The position numbers were made by a program, and so were the translations under genes. 20,000 bases of DNA from an uncultured virus (IMG/VR IMGVR_UViG_3300037067_020960) (Duplodnaviria > Heunggongvirae > Uroviricota > Caudoviricetes): IMG/VR virus record IMGVR_UViG_3300037067_020960; one strand, written 5' to 3'. The notes below the pieces were generated by a model. That model saw only the letters and a program-made list of their open reading frames with translations. It made no database searches and was not told the origin of the DNA. Within the stretch, counting starts at the first letter, position 1. Each line of letters begins with the position of its first letter. Shown here in pieces: positions 6,301-15,565 of the stretch.

Positions 6301-9068
6301 CGAAAACAAAATTTCATACACCAATTGGTTTTTATACCAAATTAAAATCATCTACAGAAACAGAACTCAATTGGATTAATTCATCTACTTTATACAAAAA
6401 AATTGAAATTCAAAGAAGTGATGGAGATATTGATCACTTTAGAACAATTTCTAACATAGATGGGACTTTGATTACATATGTTGATTCAAACAATTTATTG
6501 CCTCAATCTAATTATTTTTATAGAATTCGTGGATTTACTGATGGATTAGAAGGTCAAAATATTTCTTATATTCCTTATGAAAATACTTCATGTATGAATC
6601 AAATCCCAATGGCAACTCCCATTTCAGTTTGCGACACACAAAACACAGGAGATTTAATTGATATTCCTTATAATTCTTCAAATTATACAGAAATTAAATG
6701 TGTTGTAATTGATCGAGTTCCGACGATTCCTTGTTTAAGTGTTACTCAAATAAATAATTCATCAATTCAAATAAATTGGGTTGATTATACGGGTGGTTAT
6801 GCGGATGGATATATCATTGAAAAATCTGAAGATTCTATAACATGGAGAGAATATGTTACATTAAGAAATAATCTTAATGAAATATCTCCAATAATTGTTA
6901 ATACATATACAGATTCGAATGTTTCTCCTGAAAAAAGATATTGGTATAGAATGATTGCATTTGTTGGCCAAATTAAATCTGCTTATTCGAAAATTGATTC
7001 TGCATCCACATTAATTAATAAACCACTTATGCCTCTAATTAAATCATTAGTGCAAGAAAATAATACTTTAAAAATTATATGGACAAATAATTCAGAAGCT
7101 GTTGACAATTTTGAATATAATGTGATTTTTGAAACTGAAAATATTACTTCTGTTTCTGGATTAACTTATAATGTTTCATATCAAATTACTGAACTTGGCA
7201 CTTATTATGTAAAAGTAAGAAGTAAAAAATCTGGAGATTATTCATTTTGGTCAATACAACATTCTATCATAATTACTCAATTAATCCCTTCTCAACCTAT
7301 AATTACAGGATTTGCAATTGGTCCAAGGAATATAAAAATTACAATACATGATATTGATACAATTAATTCCGAATATACAGAAATTTATAGAGATGGTGTT
7401 TTTTATAGGCGTAGCGAATTTGTAGATAGTATTATATATGATTGGAATTTAACTCAATTAACTGTTTATGATTATAAAATCAGATTAGGGAATTCATTAG
7501 GAGTTTCAGAATTTTCAGATGAAATTTCATTAATGACTTTAAAAGAAAATGTTGCTGCCCCAGAATTAATTATTACAAGCACAGATTATGATCACATTAA
7601 TTGGAAAATTAGTTCATCAATCAATTATGATGAATATAAAATCGAACGAGCAAAAGATGCAATATTTTCAGATAGTTTATCAATAATTTCTGGAATTACA
7701 GGAACTTTACCAATTAGTGGAATTGATTCAAATGTGTTAAGTGCTGAAACTGATTATTATTATAGAGCGTATGGACAAGTTGATTCAGTATTTTCTTCAG
7801 GATTTATTACATCTACGGATGGTAGTAGATATTCTGCAATTATTCCTCATAATCAAAATGCTGAAGTATTATATGCACAGGTTTGGGGAGATACATCTCC
7901 AACAGATACAGTGATTGATGTTGATTCATTTGATATTTTAGATAAAAATCGTATAAAACTTTACACAAATGAAATAATTAGTGGTGATTTATATGTAATT
8001 GCTTCAGATAATGATGATGAAAAATGGAATGGCACAATTACAACAATACCAGATGATGATGGTGTTGGGCATTCTGTTCTGATTAATCATAATCTTGGAA
8101 TAACAAAACCATTAGTCCAATGTTGGAAAGATAATCAAATTATTTATGTTCAGGAAATTGAAGATGTTAATCTAAATGTGATAAAAATCAGAACTGGTAG
8201 ATCAATTACTTTTGAAGTAAAAATTTTTAAACCTACACGAATCAATACTGTATTAAGATCTTTTACAACTATTCCTGATTCTGGATCTTACACAGCAATT
8301 ATTGCTCATAATCTTAATCAATATACACCGATGCTACAAATTTGGAAAGAAAGTTTACCAAATCCAGATGTTGTAATTTTACCAGAAATAATCGAAGTAT
8401 TTGATCAAAATAATATTCAATTATGGTTTAATCAACCTGTAACTGGTTATGTAAGATTTGTAGAACATTTCAATATTAATTATTCTGATCCTTCTAGAAT
8501 TGTTCCAACAAGGACTGATTATAATGCTACAGAAGATCAAATTGCAATGTCTGTTGCTGTAATAGAATCTACTACCATTATACTTAATTGGACTGTTATA
8601 CACAGAAATGCTACTCAATATAGAATTTATCGTAAAATATCTACACAATCTGTATTTTTTCAGATTGCTACAATAGATGTGAATATTGCAACTTATACAG
8701 ATGCAGATTTAATGGAAAATACTACTTATAATTATTATGTTATTCCATGGTGTTTAGAATTTGGTGAAGGCGCAGCAAGTGCTATACAAACATTGACCAC
8801 ATTAAATATTTTACCAACAGATGTTCCAAATCATTTAACAGCAAGAAATAGTGATGGAAGCGTTGTTTTAAAATGGAATTTTGAACAAACCAATATGTCT
8901 TTGTTGGTAAAAAGGAAAATACTTACAGATATAAGTTTTACACAAATAGCAGAAGTTAATGAAAATTTATATTTAGATGATTCTATTTCTTCTGGGATTA
9001 CATATCAATATAGAATTGATACAAAATATGGAAATAAAGTTTCGAATATCGCTTTAATTAAAATTTAA
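3306..9068 (+). CDS. Giant fibronectin type III repeat protein (1920 aa), probable virion fibre/adhesin
   Basis: Roughly 18 FN3-like units with the pattern l.W...Y.IYR...Y.D..l..G..Y.Y.V.A.N..G.S..S. Three 'I.HN(L)...Q.W' repeats lie near the C-terminus. No signal peptide or membrane anchor is visible. Confidence 0.9.
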   Translation: MPTISQRLAQFGSFDLRQVEDPSCPPPPQPTMAVSSTASGIVAITWNAPNADTIQIYRSPGNIVYQSHPEVGTAPATGTFIDKTLDPKIYYTYIVRSSNTCGESWSSAATIKPTCAIPQPCSLSITEGQNTISVTFDTKPNAILYNLHRNDGTIIKISVPSGVPSYNFVDTNVLPGITYTYTLEANNECGSSWSNVVTGTIECELPPKTVLDLSADYKDITVAWNEVTNVTKYRLYRWKESEPKLLISEFIAGDNTYSYKDESLDSETQYYYQIELVNDCGSIFSDAFNIAISCENIERPEIFLTSGNQSATIEWLEVDVATEYQIWRDNEDELISITTGDTKYIVDPTAAQIRYKYIDENLGPGETYSYRVIAKTDCKSITSNAKSLRIKCDTPSIPDSFKAVSSVEKVVLLWGPTENALGYKIFRNDESRPIATIVNTKYIDTSVTPGIAYSYQVIAYNDCGESQPTDKKIVAVKCACMTPPANVMLTRMENTLRLNWDVEPAALSYEIFKNGLLYNEVKEAEFTDLYLEGSGLVFYQVRAKNVCEITKLSKIVEYGVKCTEMIGQFNLRIVGKTDTSATYVWDEILNATKYMIRKYNTTTGTSEEIEVKELMQTNIYSDFELQENSNYKITVYAFNACGDKIQSEVVAISTSCNIPQFPIGMQAVSVTPINVKLSWSKSERAESYIIYRNGYKYDEADGTFFNDKEVEEAQKYFYAIAAKNACGETSKTSTLQVYVPCNKTKKTEITEIIAARNSIYLTWTEETTEEYWLYRNGKRIARLELNEFEDVGLQSGTQFEYRIATVNKCHDTVLSKPKKSITCYDIQVPLNFEINEITPITAKLEFQRAHLDDIIEVWRNDSLIDTITTDGYMDDSDLVPGEIYTYRLGIKNSCETIYSSNITVTLPSGPEGSINLVANYIGSTYNCLSWTTEDLKFEEGYIVERAEKDLNTNFAEIAKVPKTTNYYKDEAIAENTNYLYRVAPINAYGTGNYSNQLKAKTKFHTPIGFYTKLKSSTETELNWINSSTLYKKIEIQRSDGDIDHFRTISNIDGTLITYVDSNNLLPQSNYFYRIRGFTDGLEGQNISYIPYENTSCMNQIPMATPISVCDTQNTGDLIDIPYNSSNYTEIKCVVIDRVPTIPCLSVTQINNSSIQINWVDYTGGYADGYIIEKSEDSITWREYVTLRNNLNEISPIIVNTYTDSNVSPEKRYWYRMIAFVGQIKSAYSKIDSASTLINKPLMPLIKSLVQENNTLKIIWTNNSEAVDNFEYNVIFETENITSVSGLTYNVSYQITELGTYYVKVRSKKSGDYSFWSIQHSIIITQLIPSQPIITGFAIGPRNIKITIHDIDTINSEYTEIYRDGVFYRRSEFVDSIIYDWNLTQLTVYDYKIRLGNSLGVSEFSDEISLMTLKENVAAPELIITSTDYDHINWKISSSINYDEYKIERAKDAIFSDSLSIISGITGTLPISGIDSNVLSAETDYYYRAYGQVDSVFSSGFITSTDGSRYSAIIPHNQNAEVLYAQVWGDTSPTDTVIDVDSFDILDKNRIKLYTNEIISGDLYVIASDNDDEKWNGTITTIPDDDGVGHSVLINHNLGITKPLVQCWKDNQIIYVQEIEDVNLNVIKIRTGRSITFEVKIFKPTRINTVLRSFTTIPDSGSYTAIIAHNLNQYTPMLQIWKESLPNPDVVILPEIIEVFDQNNIQLWFNQPVTGYVRFVEHFNINYSDPSRIVPTRTDYNATEDQIAMSVAVIESTTIILNWTVIHRNATQYRIYRKISTQSVFFQIATIDVNIATYTDADLMENTTYNYYVIPWCLEFGEGAASAIQTLTTLNILPTDVPNHLTARNSDGSVVLKWNFEQTNMSLLVKRKILTDISFTQIAEVNENLYLDDSISSGITYQYRIDTKYGNKVSNIALIKI

Positions 9069-9074
9069 ACGAAT

Positions 9075-9086
9075 TAAAATTTTCTT
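9075..9086 (+). promoter_or_regulatory. Possible third copy of the TAAAATTTTCT promoter-like motif
   Basis: TTAAAATTTTCT in the 35-nt gap before SD GAGG and ATG 9104. Confidence 0.3.
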
Positions 9087-9103
9087 AAATAAAGAGGATT
9101 TAA

Positions 9104-11137
9104 ATGGACAAAGTTAGGATAGTAGATGGTTTAATACCAACTGTAGATGATTTCAATGCATTGCAAGATTCATCTATAAACCATACGAACAATCTTTTAT
9201 TAGCATTGATGGATGTAGATTCTTCGATGCAATCATTACTTCCTGGGCAAATCCCATCAATTAATTATGGGATTTTAGATTCAGATACAATGTTTCTTGT
9301 TAGCATAAATTCTATTGAAAATACAAAAATTGATGTTACAGGTACAGATGCAAGAGGAAATGTAGGATATACAAGAATTCTTGAAAGAGCATATTTAGCT
9401 GTAGATTCTACAGCGATTACACTTTCAGATTATAATGTTGGAGTAATTAATTATGTTTGTGCTAAAGTATCAGTAATCACAAGTGCTCCTCAAGGAATTA
9501 CAATTCATGGGACCATTGAAAATAAAAGATATGTGAATACAACAGAAATAGTGGTTTATTCTCAATCAGAATTTTCTGCTTTAACAGATAATGAATTAGA
9601 TGTTATTATTGTTTTAGCTACGGTTACAGCAAATGGCGTAGGGGTAGCACTTACTGAACAAGCAATAGATTTATCACAAGATTATTATATTGAAAATCGT
9701 CTTCAATTTTCTATACGAAATCATTTTCATGAAAAGAAAATTGGTTCTGGTGTGATTACAACAAAAAATATTCATGGACTTGCTTTATCGGATTTATTAT
9801 CAGTTGAAGACTTATCATTATTACCTAATTTATTTTTCGAAAATAGAAAAGGTGTTTATTTTGGTGATTTTGTTCAGGAAAGTGTTGCAACTTATGCTCG
9901 AGATTTAACTGGCGTGATTACTGGATTTGTAAATAATTGGTATATTGAATTAAATCATTTTCCAAAACATTTAGTTTATGTGTCGATTAATTCAGCAGAA
10001 ATTCCCGCATCAATAGTGCCACAAACTAAAATTCTTGATTTAGGAACTGTTGAGCCAACTGCAACTCCAATAGTAGTTCATTATCTTTATTATAATATTT
10101 GTGAGCCAAAAATCAATTCTGGAACACTCGAATTTAATGTCCCATTCTCTAATGAATATTATATGGTAAATGGTTCATTCATGAGTTCATTAGAACAAAA
10201 CACTTTATTATTTGTTGATTCTCCTGCTTACGATATTGATTACGATGTAATTCTTACGAAAGATAAAAAATTTATTAAAAAACCATACACATTAATTTCA
10301 AAAGTGGATGTTGATAATGCTGCTATATACGATGGATTGAATCTTGTTTTTGAACAATGCAGAATTCGTTTATATCCAGAAAATGTTGTTTCAGGTAATT
10401 TAGCAGTGATATCAGTATTTGGAAAAGATATTAATGCAAATGATGTGATTGAAAATTTTGAAATTACAGCAAATCAACCATATGATTCAATTCAATATTT
10501 TGCTGCGATTAGTAAAGTTACAATAACAGCATCTACAATCGCTCCAAATGCAAAATTAAGTATTTTAACAATTTCTAGATATGATCAAACAAATGATTTG
10601 TTAGCTGCTACGGTAAAAAGAACATCTGGAGGTTCTCTAACGACATTAATTGATAGAAGACCATTTTTCAAAACATTAACTGATCCTTCTACATTGGCAT
10701 CTGCAGAAATTAAAAATCAACAAGCTGAAGATTATTTTAGAAGAAATGATGTTATGAAATATTTCTTTCATGAAAATTTTTACGATACTCAAGGTACTGA
10801 TTTTATACGTAGTAAAGTGTATCCGAAAAATGGAATGATTTCAGGAGGTTATTGGGTTTCCGGACAATGTCAAACTCCTGAAACTTTTAGTTATATAAAA
10901 ATCAGTTTAGCAAAAGAAGGAACTCCAAAAGTTTATTCATCTGTTGATGATGGAGATACTTGGATTGAAATTATTTCAGCAAATTGGGATTTAATAATTG
11001 CGACAACCACTTCTGCTATAAATCAAATTCGTTTTAAAATTGATTGTGTGAATAGTTCTAAAGTATCTTCGTTTATTGCTTTAATGTATAAACAATATAC
11101 TGTTAATTACACGACAAATGAAATAAGAGTTTTTTAA
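9104..11137 (+). CDS. Probable virion structural (baseplate/tail-associated) protein, 677 aa
   Basis: N-terminal 'IVDGLIPTVDDFNALQ' resembles the attachment N-termini of baseplate/fibre proteins. Composition is beta-rich. The C-terminal domain is shared with ORFs 12309 and 14826. SD GAGG. Confidence 0.7.
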   Translation: MDKVRIVDGLIPTVDDFNALQDSSINHTNNLLLALMDVDSSMQSLLPGQIPSINYGILDSDTMFLVSINSIENTKIDVTGTDARGNVGYTRILERAYLAVDSTAITLSDYNVGVINYVCAKVSVITSAPQGITIHGTIENKRYVNTTEIVVYSQSEFSALTDNELDVIIVLATVTANGVGVALTEQAIDLSQDYYIENRLQFSIRNHFHEKKIGSGVITTKNIHGLALSDLLSVEDLSLLPNLFFENRKGVYFGDFVQESVATYARDLTGVITGFVNNWYIELNHFPKHLVYVSINSAEIPASIVPQTKILDLGTVEPTATPIVVHYLYYNICEPKINSGTLEFNVPFSNEYYMVNGSFMSSLEQNTLLFVDSPAYDIDYDVILTKDKKFIKKPYTLISKVDVDNAAIYDGLNLVFEQCRIRLYPENVVSGNLAVISVFGKDINANDVIENFEITANQPYDSIQYFAAISKVTITASTIAPNAKLSILTISRYDQTNDLLAATVKRTSGGSLTTLIDRRPFFKTLTDPSTLASAEIKNQQAEDYFRRNDVMKYFFHENFYDTQGTDFIRSKVYPKNGMISGGYWVSGQCQTPETFSYIKISLAKEGTPKVYSSVDDGDTWIEIISANWDLIIATTTSAINQIRFKIDCVNSSKVSSFIALMYKQYTVNYTTNEIRVF

Positions 11138-11148
11138 GGAGATATAAA

Positions 11149-12312
11149 ATGAGTAGATCATTAAATGATATTTATACAAAAATTGCTGCTATAATGGAAT
11201 TTGCTGAATTGACAAAATCAGCCGCAGGTCCAATAGGAAAAGCCTTAATTGGTAAACCAGCTATGGCTTTAAGTTTGTGGGCAAAAGATCAACCAGAATT
11301 AAAAGAAAAGATTGTTGAAATTTGGGATTCTGTTGTTGCTGATGTTGGTGATCGTGCCAATTATGGTGGATGTTGGGCATTTTTTATCAATAGATGGAAT
11401 AAAAGATTTCGTGAAGGAAAAGTCCCAGTGGCTTGTAAATATGAATATACAAGAAAATCAGCTAAAGATATTGCATTACCAGCAAATAATGAAACTGTAG
11501 AGGATTATAATGCTGAAACAGCAAAAACGGATAAAATTTTGAAAACAACAACAAAATCTACAGCATCTGCAAGAAAAAGAGTTGCTACAGAAATAGAGAA
11601 AAAAGTTAAATCTCTCAATGATGAAATGACTGCTGCTATCGAAAAAGCAAAAAATAAAAAAATTAAAATTAATGATATTCCTTCAGAATCAACAAAAATG
11701 GATGCTCAAAAAGAAATTATAGCAATTCAAAAACAAGTGATAGAAATCAAGAGTAAAATAAAAACTACTGAAAATGTTATGAATGATGTTGAAAAAACTA
11801 TATATATTATGCAATATGTTCCCGTAACCAGTGTTGATTTCGAAAGAGAATTCCAATCTTCTTTGAAAAAAATATCTGATAGTAATGATGTATTGAATAA
11901 TGAAATTGATAAAATTCAAAGAGAATTCGATAACATTACAAAAGAATTCAATAAAATGGTACAAAAAGTTGCTTCTAAAAAAGAAGCAATTATTGATCCA
12001 ATATCAATTGGTCTTGGATTAGGAGTTGTTACACTTATTAGTGCAATGTTCACAAAATGGTTTTGGAGTAAAATTAGAAATTTCTTTAAATTTATTCTTG
12101 GAGCAATAGATTCTTGGTGGAAATTTAATGAAAAAGAATTAGAGAGTTTGCTATATTTAAAAGATTTGGCAAAAATAGCTCTAAATGAAATTGCATTAGA
12201 AAAAAATATAGAAATTTCAAAATCTTTAGAAAAAGATATATTTTCACAAAAAGAAAGAATAAGATTGGATCTTCCTAAAATTGAGGAATTAAATCCATTA
12301 GCACAAATATGA
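11149..12312 (+). CDS. Lys/Glu-rich coiled-coil protein with one hydrophobic segment; candidate internal head protein
   Basis: SD AAGGAG. Long heptad-like helical stretch, then the hydrophobic segment ISIGLGLGVVTLISAMF followed by an amphipathic Trp/Phe helix. The function is inferred. Confidence 0.6.
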   Translation: MSRSLNDIYTKIAAIMEFAELTKSAAGPIGKALIGKPAMALSLWAKDQPELKEKIVEIWDSVVADVGDRANYGGCWAFFINRWNKRFREGKVPVACKYEYTRKSAKDIALPANNETVEDYNAETAKTDKILKTTTKSTASARKRVATEIEKKVKSLNDEMTAAIEKAKNKKIKINDIPSESTKMDAQKEIIAIQKQVIEIKSKIKTTENVMNDVEKTIYIMQYVPVTSVDFEREFQSSLKKISDSNDVLNNEIDKIQREFDNITKEFNKMVQKVASKKEAIIDPISIGLGLGVVTLISAMFTKWFWSKIRNFFKFILGAIDSWWKFNEKELESLLYLKDLAKIALNEIALEKNIEISKSLEKDIFSQKERIRLDLPKIEELNPLAQI

Positions 12313-13568
12313 GCGATTTAATAAAAACAAATAATAATGGCATATTTCAAGCTTCTCAAAATGAGCCTCGTCCTTGGTGGATTTTAGATAGGCTAAAATC
12401 TGTTGATAAAAAAGCTCAGGAACGAAAATTATTTGTTGATACATTTATTTATCCTGGAATTCAAGAAACTTTTTATCGAAATCATTGGATTGATCGTGGC
12501 GATAGGCAGGGTGCTTGGCAAATTGATAAATTAAGAGGAATTTGTCGTCTTCCTTCTGCTGTTACTCCTAAAAATTGGTCATATAGAATTGCGGGCTATG
12601 TTTTTGAAACTTATCAAATATCTGCCAATCTTTACTATGTCGGTGATGATGATGTTCTTGGATTAATGATGGAATTCAATGATAATGGGGATTCAACCCC
12701 TTCGTCTCTTAACCATAACTTTCTAGCCGTCGTATACACTCCTGCTGATATCACACCAGCGGCAATTGGAGGAGAGGCGGTAATTCTATATAAGTTTACA
12801 AATGGCGTCCCATCGATTCTGTATCAATGGGATACAGGGTTATGGGGTGGTGTTCAAAAAAATATTCCTTATCGTATGACTGTAACTCGTTTATCTGATA
12901 GATTGATTATTAACTTTCGTGGACAAGAATTTTATTATCAATTAGATAGTATTTCTGGATTGAATGAATCATATAGAAATGGTAAATGTGGTATTATATG
13001 TAATAGTCAAACTGCTGCTTATTCAGATTTTATTCAAGAATCATATTCTTTAACTTCTGGAAATTATGCAGGAACCATTGGAATACTCGATGCTTTAAGA
13101 TATCAATATGATCAATCATTCAATAATTATTGGTTCGAAAATTATTGCAAGAATGTATTAAGAATTCACGAAGATTATAAATATTTAATTCGTGAAGGGT
13201 TTTTCTCATTAGATGCTACAGATCAAGCAAATTCTACATGCAGTTTCGGAACTGGTTCTGCTACAAATGGAATATGGTATTCACAAAATTTTGATATGCC
13301 AGAAAATATTGACACAATAAAAATAATTCCTCAAACAGAATTATTTGAAGGATGCAGTTTTGATGCTACGGAATATGCAGTTGCAATTGATTTTGTCGAA
13401 TTAGATCTCCCGAGCACTTATACATGGCAAGTGATTTCTAATCTTGAAGAAGACATAGTTGTTCCTACTGGATCATTAGTAAAATTTAGATCGACAATTC
13501 CGAATAATATAAATTTAAAAACATTTATTGCTTTAATAGGTAAAAATACAATGTTGGGGGTATTTTAA
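12309..13568 (+). CDS. Structural protein with concanavalin-A/thrombospondin-C-like lectin domain and shared C-terminal domain
   Basis: 'GDDDVLGLMMEF' and 'YRNGKCGIICNSQTAAYSDF' resemble the TSP C-terminal motifs DDDY.GF.F and Y.GGRLG..C.SQ...WSDL. ATGA overlap with the upstream gene. Confidence 0.6.
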   Translation: MSDLIKTNNNGIFQASQNEPRPWWILDRLKSVDKKAQERKLFVDTFIYPGIQETFYRNHWIDRGDRQGAWQIDKLRGICRLPSAVTPKNWSYRIAGYVFETYQISANLYYVGDDDVLGLMMEFNDNGDSTPSSLNHNFLAVVYTPADITPAAIGGEAVILYKFTNGVPSILYQWDTGLWGGVQKNIPYRMTVTRLSDRLIINFRGQEFYYQLDSISGLNESYRNGKCGIICNSQTAAYSDFIQESYSLTSGNYAGTIGILDALRYQYDQSFNNYWFENYCKNVLRIHEDYKYLIREGFFSLDATDQANSTCSFGTGSATNGIWYSQNFDMPENIDTIKIIPQTELFEGCSFDATEYAVAIDFVELDLPSTYTWQVISNLEEDIVVPTGSLVKFRSTIPNNINLKTFIALIGKNTMLGVF

Positions 13569-14488
13569 TGGCCATAGCTTCTCTCAGTATAAGCGATATT
13601 TATGGGACATTGATTGATAAAAATGTTCCTATCAAAATGGATAGTATGGAAAGAATAGCTAATATCTATTTTGATGATGACGAATGGGTTGTGAGAGCAA
13701 TTATTGTGGATAATAATGGAAATAAATTGGAACTCGAAGAAAATCTTGATGATTTTTCTTTTGATTGGATTGAAAAAGCACAAAGAAAAGAAATTCTTGA
13801 TAAAATTTTTATTTTAATGATTGATAAGGTATGGAAAAATAGAAAAGAAAATATCATTGAAGAATTATTAAATAATGAAGATAAAGAGTTTGATAATAAA
13901 AAAATGGCTGAAGTATTAAATGAAAATGATTGGCAATATTATACAGATAGAGGATTAGTGAATCGCAATGGATATTATGTAAAAAATGTCAAAGGAAAAG
14001 GATTTCCAGATTATGATAAAATTGTTGATAAACTTTCAGAAAAATTAAAAAAATCAAAAGAAGAGATTAAAAAAGAAATTTCTCAGGAAAAATTTGATAC
14101 TATATTTTGGGATGAAGTTGGACAAGAAGTTGATGACAATAATATTGCAGTAGTCGGAAGAAGTGGCGGATATTGGGGAATCGAATTTGATCCTGATTTG
14201 ATAGAAATCGACAAAGAAAAATATGAAAAAGAAATAGAAAAAATATTTAATACATATAGATCTAGATCATTATTAACGATTGTTGAAACAATGACAGAAA
14301 ATAATGTGGAAGATGAAATTTATAATTTGATAAGAAGCAAGTTTGAAACAGATCTTTCTGTGTATGAACCAACAAAAGAAGCTAAAGAAAAAATTAGACA
14401 AATGGATAAAATTATTAACAATATAATCAAAGAATTCGAAAAACCAGATATGTGGGTTAACATAATCATTTCCACTTGTTTTGAATAG
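13568..14488 (+). CDS. Acidic helical hypothetical protein (306 aa) with GRSGGYW motif
   Basis: TAATG overlap with the upstream gene and GGGG SD-like sequence. Very rich in D, E and K. Confidence 0.75.
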   Translation: MAIASLSISDIYGTLIDKNVPIKMDSMERIANIYFDDDEWVVRAIIVDNNGNKLELEENLDDFSFDWIEKAQRKEILDKIFILMIDKVWKNRKENIIEELLNNEDKEFDNKKMAEVLNENDWQYYTDRGLVNRNGYYVKNVKGKGFPDYDKIVDKLSEKLKKSKEEIKKEISQEKFDTIFWDEVGQEVDDNNIAVVGRSGGYWGIEFDPDLIEIDKEKYEKEIEKIFNTYRSRSLLTIVETMTENNVEDEIYNLIRSKFETDLSVYEPTKEAKEKIRQMDKIINNIIKEFEKPDMWVNIIISTCFE

Positions 14489-14500
14489 AAAAGGAAAATC

Positions 14501-14824
14501 ATGGAAAAATTAGTGAAAACTCGCAAAATATTTGATGCGATTTTAAAAACTGGTGAGGAAAAAACTCATTTAAAAAGAGCTATTTCCGAATTGAACAAAG
14601 CGTTTGATTATACAAAAAGTGAAGAATTTATCCATAAAGAATCTTGGAAACATGCAAATGAATTAATCGTATTTGTAAATAAAAAAACTGCTTCTTTTAC
14701 AAAAGATTTTCTTGAAGAATTAAAAGGAAAATATGATATCGAACTTAATGAGGAATTAGTCAAAAATGCATTCACAAATAAAGTGATGACTGAAATTTCT
14801 TATCAGAGGAAAGATTGGATTTAA
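14501..14824 (+). CDS. Hypothetical helical protein (107 aa)
   Basis: SD AAGGA. The ORF fills the gap and is K/E-rich. Confidence 0.75.
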   Translation: MEKLVKTRKIFDAILKTGEEKTHLKRAISELNKAFDYTKSEEFIHKESWKHANELIVFVNKKTASFTKDFLEELKGKYDIELNEELVKNAFTNKVMTEISYQRKDWI

Positions 14825-14825
14825 C

Positions 14826-15275
14826 ATGTTAAAAACAGAATTTCTTGATGCTTTAAATATTTATAAATTGACGAATGATAAAATCAATACAATTGCAAAT
14901 ATTAAAAGGAATTTTTCTCAAATTGCTTATAATTATTTAAGGCATAATTCTGATTTTGATTATGTTATTCAAGAATCTTTCCTTGATCCTAATCAAACGA
15001 ATATTTCTACATCCACTGTAAAAATTCTTAATGGAAAAATTTCTAATGGAATTTGGTATTCTACTACATTCTCAATGCCTGTAAATGTAAGAGATTTTAA
15101 ATATTTGATTTATCCTGGTGTTGGAATTACATTGTATGTGAATTCACAATTATACGATCATGAGGAAATTGATCGTGCATATCAACTTCCAGCAGCTACA
15201 ACAAATGTAAATATTCAAATTAATTCTACACAAGAAAATTATATGTTTTTTATAATGATATTTAAGGAGTCTTGA
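14826..15275 (+). CDS. Small structural protein consisting mostly of the shared C-terminal domain
   Basis: 'YVIQESFLD...NGKISNGIWYS' aligns with the C-termini of ORFs 9104 and 12309. It starts 2 nt after the upstream stop. Confidence 0.7.
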   Translation: MLKTEFLDALNIYKLTNDKINTIANIKRNFSQIAYNYLRHNSDFDYVIQESFLDPNQTNISTSTVKILNGKISNGIWYSTTFSMPVNVRDFKYLIYPGVGITLYVNSQLYDHEEIDRAYQLPAATTNVNIQINSTQENYMFFIMIFKES

Positions 15276-15277
15276 AC

Positions 15278-15556
15278 ATGAGAATTTCAGATCTTATTAA
15301 AAATGGAAAAATTTTAGATCGTTCATCTGGTATAAGTTCAAAATCTGCTGCTATTTCAATGGGAGATTCAATGCTTAAAGGAAAAATTAAAAAAGAATTA
15401 GAAAAATCTAAAATTTTAGATTCCATGATTAATTCTATAATTAGAGATTTTTCTGCCGGAATTTTACAAGATCCATTTATTCTGCAAAATAAATATCCTG
15501 GCATTGGTACTAATACTTCCGAAAATATAATGGCAATTTTACGGAATACAAATTAA
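15278..15556 (+). CDS. Small protein with helix-hairpin-helix-like motif (92 aa)
   Basis: SD AAGGAG (15264-15269) fits ATG 15278 better than TTG 15272. C-terminal YPGIGTNTSENIMAIL matches the HhH consensus hPGIG..TA..I. Confidence 0.65.
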   Translation: MRISDLIKNGKILDRSSGISSKSAAISMGDSMLKGKIKKELEKSKILDSMINSIIRDFSAGILQDPFILQNKYPGIGTNTSENIMAILRNTN

Positions 15557-15565
15557 AGGAGCATT

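Noticed and set aside
3306..9068. Bacterial secreted adhesin or S-layer protein interpretation
   Set aside because: No signal peptide, sortase, T9SS or SLH signal is visible, and the neighbours are phage-like fibre genes.
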